Part shown: positions 59,836 to 64,000 of the stretch, one piece after another
Layout of the letters: every line of letters begins with the position of its first letter
Numbering within the stretch: the stretch's first letter is position 1
Assembly (NCBI RefSeq): GCF_028736115.1
Contig: NZ_CP117877.1
Span: 4,534,187-4,598,186, forward strand
Direction of reading: 5' to 3'
Origin: Mucilaginibacter sp. KACC 22063
GTDB taxonomy: Bacteria > Bacteroidota > Bacteroidia > Sphingobacteriales > Sphingobacteriaceae
Length of the DNA stretch: 64,000 nucleotides
Notes under the pieces: generated by a model
Database searches by the model: none
What the model was told of the DNA's origin: nothing
Seen by the model: only the letters and a program-made list of their open reading frames with translations
Program-made: the position numbers and the translations under genes

Positions 59836-62012
59836 GTACCTAGTTCCAATTGATTTTGCACAAGCGCGTAGTATTGGCCTTTTGAGGCTACTAACTGGGA
59901 ATGCGTACCTTGTTCAACGATACAACCGTTCTCTAAAACAATAATATTATTAGCATTTTTTACTGTACTCAACCGATGAGCTACTATAACTACCGTTTTC
60001 CCGCGAAAAAAATCGTTTAAGTTTTCGATGATAATTTTTTCATTCGTACTGTCAAGCGCATTTGTCGCCTCATCAAAGAAAATGTAAGATGGATTTTTGT
60101 AAATAGCTCTTGCAATTAATATTCTTTGACGCTGTCCCTGACTAAGACCAGTGCCCTCGGCACCTATTTTTGTATCAATTCCAATGGGCAATGAGGATAC
60201 AAAATCTTCTATGTTGGCCATTATCAATGCTCTTTTTATCTTTGCATCATCGGGATCAGGATCTGCTAATGTTATATTTTTCCTGATTGTATCTGAGAAG
60301 ATGAAGCCGTCCTGCATAACAACGCCACATTCCGCTCTCCAAGTTTCAAAAGATATTGATGACAGCGAATGATCTCCAATTTTGATTACTCCAAGATTGA
60401 CTTCATAAAATCTTAGTAGAAGTTTTAATATTGTCGTCTTCCCACTACCGCTCATACCTACGATAGCAGTAACCTTACCCTCTGGAATCGACAGATTCAG
60501 ATTTTTAAATAAAAAATTTTCAGAACTGCCTTGATATCTAAAACTTACATCTTCAAATTTGATGCTCTTTTCGGTAGGCAATTCAGATGAAAGATCTGAC
60601 CCCAGAGATTCTTCATCGTCAAGTTCAAATATCTCGTTGAGTCTTTCTAGACTTATCTTTGCATCTTGGAAAGATTGAGCAAAAGAAATAAACTGCTGAA
60701 TTGGCATATTTAACTGCCCAATTATGTACTGTATTGCAACCATAGTACCCAGCGTAATTTCATTGTTAATTACTGCCTGCGCACTCAAAAATGTAATCAG
60801 CAAACCGGTTGATTCATTAATTAATATGGAACCACCTTGCTGAAATTGATTTAATGACAGAGCTTTTATACTAAACTTAAAAGTTCTTGCCTGCAAAGTT
60901 TCCCACTCCCACCTCTTTTCATTTTCATAATTATTTAACTTAATTTCTTGCATACCGTTTACGATTTGAATCATCGTACTTTGATTAGTAGATGAAATAT
61001 CAAATCTTTGATAATCAATAGTCCTTCTGCGCTTCAAAAAACTAATTATCCATATTGTGTATAGAAAATTTCCTATCATAAATACGATAAAAACTTTAAC
61101 GCTATACATAATAAGGACTACTGTGAATACAATTAAGTTAAATACAGAAAAAATAGTTGTTAATGTTGACCCTGTCAAAAAGCTTTCGATTCTTCTTTGA
61201 TCAGTTGTCCTTTGTAGTATGTCCCCGACCTTTTTCGAGTCAAAGAAATTTATGGGTAACCTCATCAGTTTAATTAGAAAATCTGTCAGTATAGAAATAT
61301 TTATCCGCGTACTTATATGCAGTAATATCCAAGACCTTATAAAATTAATACTAGACCTGCCTATTATTAACGTTGCCTGTGCCAGAATGACGAGATAAAT
61401 AAATGTAAAATTTCCAGTTCCGATACCCACATCAATAATAGATTGGGTTAAAAAGGGAATAATTAATTGTATAAGGCTTCCCACAAGCAGGCCAAGAATT
61501 AGCTGCGAAAAAAGCTTTTTATAAGGCGTAAGATACTTGCTTAGTAAACGCCAGTTGATCTTATCGCTCTCTTCACCGCTATCTGCACAAAATTCTGGTA
61601 AAGGATTAAAAAACAAGGCCAATCCCTTATCTGATGAAAATTTCTTTGACTGCCAAGAAACAAGAAAATCAGATTCTTTCATTTTAACTAAGCCATTTAA
61701 TGGGTCAGCCAAAAAGAAGTTATTTTTTTTTATTTTATATAAAACGATAAAATGATTTCCACGCCAATGCAATATGCAGGGAAGTTTAACCTGATACAAC
61801 CCTTCAAGTGAAATTTGACAACTAAATCCATCGAGTCCTATCTTTTTAGCACCTTTCAAGATATTGTTAAATGAGACGCCCTCAGGTCCTATTTCTGTGA
61901 TTTGCCTCATTGTGTTGAGGCTGTAGCTGCGTCCATAAAATTTTGCAATCATACGCAAGCAGGTTGGGCCGCAGTCTGTCTGGTCGTGCTGCTTATAGAA
62001 TGGGAATTTCAT
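59832..62012 (-). CDS. bacteriocin/lanthipeptide-processing ABC transporter with N-terminal C39 peptidase domain (LanT/SunT-type)
   Basis: C39 catalytic Cys in QHDQTDCGPTCLRMIAKFYG. 6-TM domain. Walker A GMSGSGKTT, signature LSQGQRQRILIARA, Walker B FFDEAT. Confidence 0.9.
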   Translation of the reverse strand: MKFPFYKQHDQTDCGPTCLRMIAKFYGRSYSLNTMRQITEIGPEGVSFNNILKGAKKIGLDGFSCQISLEGLYQVKLPCILHWRGNHFIVLYKIKKNNFFLADPLNGLVKMKESDFLVSWQSKKFSSDKGLALFFNPLPEFCADSGEESDKINWRLLSKYLTPYKKLFSQLILGLLVGSLIQLIIPFLTQSIIDVGIGTGNFTFIYLVILAQATLIIGRSSINFIRSWILLHISTRINISILTDFLIKLMRLPINFFDSKKVGDILQRTTDQRRIESFLTGSTLTTIFSVFNLIVFTVVLIMYSVKVFIVFMIGNFLYTIWIISFLKRRRTIDYQRFDISSTNQSTMIQIVNGMQEIKLNNYENEKRWEWETLQARTFKFSIKALSLNQFQQGGSILINESTGLLITFLSAQAVINNEITLGTMVAIQYIIGQLNMPIQQFISFAQSFQDAKISLERLNEIFELDDEESLGSDLSSELPTEKSIKFEDVSFRYQGSSENFLFKNLNLSIPEGKVTAIVGMSGSGKTTILKLLLRFYEVNLGVIKIGDHSLSSISFETWRAECGVVMQDGFIFSDTIRKNITLADPDPDDAKIKRALIMANIEDFVSSLPIGIDTKIGAEGTGLSQGQRQRILIARAIYKNPSYIFFDEATNALDSTNEKIIIENLNDFFRGKTVVIVAHRLSTVKNANNIIVLENGCIVEQGTHSQLVASKGQYYALVQNQLELGT

Positions 62013-62096
62013 ATTTACGATGTTCTTAAAGTAATTAAATAGCGCTGTAAAACGAAAAAAAAGTTTTATTTTACCGGAAATATAATTACCTCAACC

Positions 62097-64000
62097 TTGA
62101 AATTATTTAATCATGTACTTACCAGAACTTGTGGTCTTTCATTTGAAACGGCATGTCAGAGTTCGGAACTATTACTGGCCGCAGCCATAAAGTATATCAA
62201 TATTAAAGATGAGCTCACAAAAATTAAAATAATTCTTCTTGAAGAATTACACGACCACAACCAAGCACTTACAAACCATGGCTTACAACAGAAAATTCAA
62301 AACATAAGAAGAAAGATTTTTCAGGATAAGGACTTAAATGAAAGTGACAAGAATTTAATATTGGAAGCTTCTCCTCAAATAGCTTTTACTTATAAGAGAT
62401 TTCAGTCCATTTTTTTAACTCTGGAAGATGAAAATCAAAAAGGCCAATACATCTTTTCCAAAACAATTCTACATGAACGACAATCGCTGCGTATACAAGT
62501 TCAAAATGATACTTTTAAAAATGCTGTAGCGCAGTCAAGTCACCTATTATTAAGTCAAATCGAGAAGATAGGCAAACAACAATCTATAACAATTGATAAG
62601 AAATATTCACAAGCAGAAAAAAGCTTAATTAAATATTTATCTAGAGCAAGTACAAAAACATCACCATTCAGCACCTTCACCAATCTTACAATTTCGAAGT
62701 TAGTACAGAGTGATGATGCAAATCCTTATGTCAAAGTTGAAAAAAAACCAATAAAAATAATAAAATATACAAAAGTTAACAATTTACTTCAGTTAATTTT
62801 CATTGAGGTCTTGCTTACTTATGAGGAAGTTTTTATCGACTTAAATTTAAAGTTGAATTCTACTTTTCGAAAAGACAGTAAGGGGTACAGTTTTTTGGTA
62901 AACTTAAAGAATATTGATCATTTCCAGACTGTTGACTCAAACGCATTATGTGAACTGATAATTTCCCTTTTGATTTATGGTAACTTGAAATTTATTGATA
63001 TAATTAACAAAATTACAGAAGAATTTGATATTGAGAAGAACTATCTGATTGACTTTTTAAAGAACTGCATAAAAATTGGACTATTGGAAATTGATTTAGG
63101 ATACTCTCCCCTAGACGCACAATGGCTGGTTAGCATGTTAAATGTCATAAACAAGGTCAACTCATCCAAATTAGATAAGTTTGGTGAAATCCTCAAAAAA
63201 CTAGCATATGAACAATCAAGATATCATCTAGTCTCACTATCCCAAAAAATCATTATTCAAAGTGAATGCTATCAGCAAATAGAAAATTTCTTAACCAATG
63301 ATTATGCACAACCATTAACCGTTGATACCGAATATTATTTAAAATTTTTCCAAAATGCCATCAAAAAAGAAAGCTTGTTTTTTGAAGATGTTAAATCCAA
63401 CATTGAAATAGAAATAGGCGGCGCTGGAATTGAGGAGGATTTTCAATTATTACTAAAAGCGATACGTAAATTAAGCTTCTTAGATGGCAGGAGGCACGAC
63501 AAAATCAAAACATTCAACTTTTATAAAAATTTCTACCCTCATAAGACAACGGTTCCTCTTATCGAGTATTATCAGGATTATTATAAATTTTTGAAAAGGA
63601 CTTCGAAATCTCAAGCAACACCCGAGGAAGATCAAAATAAGGATTTAAAAGATGCTTATCAAAACCATTTATTAAAATATGACAGATGGAAAGATAAACT
63701 AATATCCTTATTAGATTTAGATTATTTCAACGACGATAAAAATGAAATTAGAATCACTTCAGAAATTTTAGATGCTTGTAATAATGAAGTCGAATTTTAT
63801 CCTGAAAATGTAGGAAACAAGTCTTACGCTGGTTTTTTTCAAATGACACTAGCGCCTAAAAACGAGAAGTACATCTGCGAAAAATTGATAGTCAACTCAT
63901 TCTATTCTGGATATGGCAAAATGTTCTCACGTTTTCTACATATGTTTGATGATGAAGTTACAACTGAGATTAAAAAACAAAATGATAATTTAAGACCGGT
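62097..64000 (+). CDS. lanthipeptide dehydratase N-terminal (glutamylation) domain protein, split LanB, 3' partial; start codon uncertain
   Basis: Frame open from 62040 to the window end. Hallmark KYLSRASTKTSPFSTFTNL (LanB RxTPFG motif) and later VNSFYSGYGKMFSRFL. No in-frame ATG in the first ~230 codons. Candidate TTG start at 62097. An ATG at 62113 is in the +1 frame. Confidence 0.7.
   Translation, partial: MKLFNHVLTRTCGLSFETACQSSELLLAAAIKYINIKDELTKIKIILLEELHDHNQALTNHGLQQKIQNIRRKIFQDKDLNESDKNLILEASPQIAFTYKRFQSIFLTLEDENQKGQYIFSKTILHERQSLRIQVQNDTFKNAVAQSSHLLLSQIEKIGKQQSITIDKKYSQAEKSLIKYLSRASTKTSPFSTFTNLTISKLVQSDDANPYVKVEKKPIKIIKYTKVNNLLQLIFIEVLLTYEEVFIDLNLKLNSTFRKDSKGYSFLVNLKNIDHFQTVDSNALCELIISLLIYGNLKFIDIINKITEEFDIEKNYLIDFLKNCIKIGLLEIDLGYSPLDAQWLVSMLNVINKVNSSKLDKFGEILKKLAYEQSRYHLVSLSQKIIIQSECYQQIENFLTNDYAQPLTVDTEYYLKFFQNAIKKESLFFEDVKSNIEIEIGGAGIEEDFQLLLKAIRKLSFLDGRRHDKIKTFNFYKNFYPHKTTVPLIEYYQDYYKFLKRTSKSQATPEEDQNKDLKDAYQNHLLKYDRWKDKLISLLDLDYFNDDKNEIRITSEILDACNNEVEFYPENVGNKSYAGFFQMTLAPKNEKYICEKLIVNSFYSGYGKMFSRFLHMFDDEVTTEIKKQNDNLRP

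Larger units (their letters stand above)
44611..64000. other. AT-rich accessory region (putative horizontally acquired island, 3' end beyond window)
   Basis: Abrupt drop in GC (by eye roughly 30-35% vs about 45% upstream) starting right after the GDPD stop. Gene content is hypotheticals, a TA-like pair, a TS-like cassette and a RiPP cluster. No integrase in the window. Confidence 0.5.

Noticed and set aside
62113-62190. ATG-initiated 26-codon ORF MYLPELVVFHLKRHVRVRNYYWPQP
   Set aside because: Too short to be a gene. Noted only as a possible true start of the LanB-N gene if a frameshift exists (see finding).
1-64000. CRISPR arrays, rRNA genes, IS elements and integrases
   Set aside because: No regularly spaced direct repeats, no rRNA-like conserved stretches, and no transposase or integrase-like ORFs were seen on either strand.

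Overview
Bacteroidota-type chromosomal segment (Sphingobacteriia-like: SusC/SusD pair, DUF4397, DUF1080, fasciclin, no Shine-Dalgarno usage), in two parts.

Part 1, ~1-44.6 kb (roughly 45% GC), is ordinary core genome. It carries many peptidases (M14, M24B, M28 x2, M61), RecG, rhomboid, RidA, OmpA-family proteins, an ABC pair, a GH-A glycosidase and a two-component system. It also carries an SPFH protein, GluQRS, a SusC/SusD/DUF4397 locus, a frameshifted AraC regulator, SDR and GDPD.

Part 2, ~44.6 kb to the window end, is a markedly AT-rich (roughly 30-35% GC) accessory island with no integrase visible in the window. It contains five small membrane/secreted hypothetical genes, then a three-gene operon headed by a thymidylate-synthase-family enzyme. 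That enzyme keeps the catalytic Cys but carries the Asn-to-Asp substitution associated with cytosine specificity, which makes the operon a candidate pyrimidine/DNA-modification cassette.

Downstream are a HigB-like toxin with an XRE-HTH-ImmA/IrrE fusion protein and a MutT-type Nudix hydrolase.

The island ends in a class I lanthipeptide-like RiPP gene cluster. This has a LanC cyclase with an unknown C-terminal extension, a Cys/Thr-rich precursor peptide and a split LanB dehydratase (separate C-terminal elimination protein and N-terminal glutamylation protein running off the window end). It also has a C39-peptidase ABC exporter, a short HlyD-like protein, a Kelch-repeat protein and a SAM methyltransferase.

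No rRNA, full tRNA or CRISPR array was seen.
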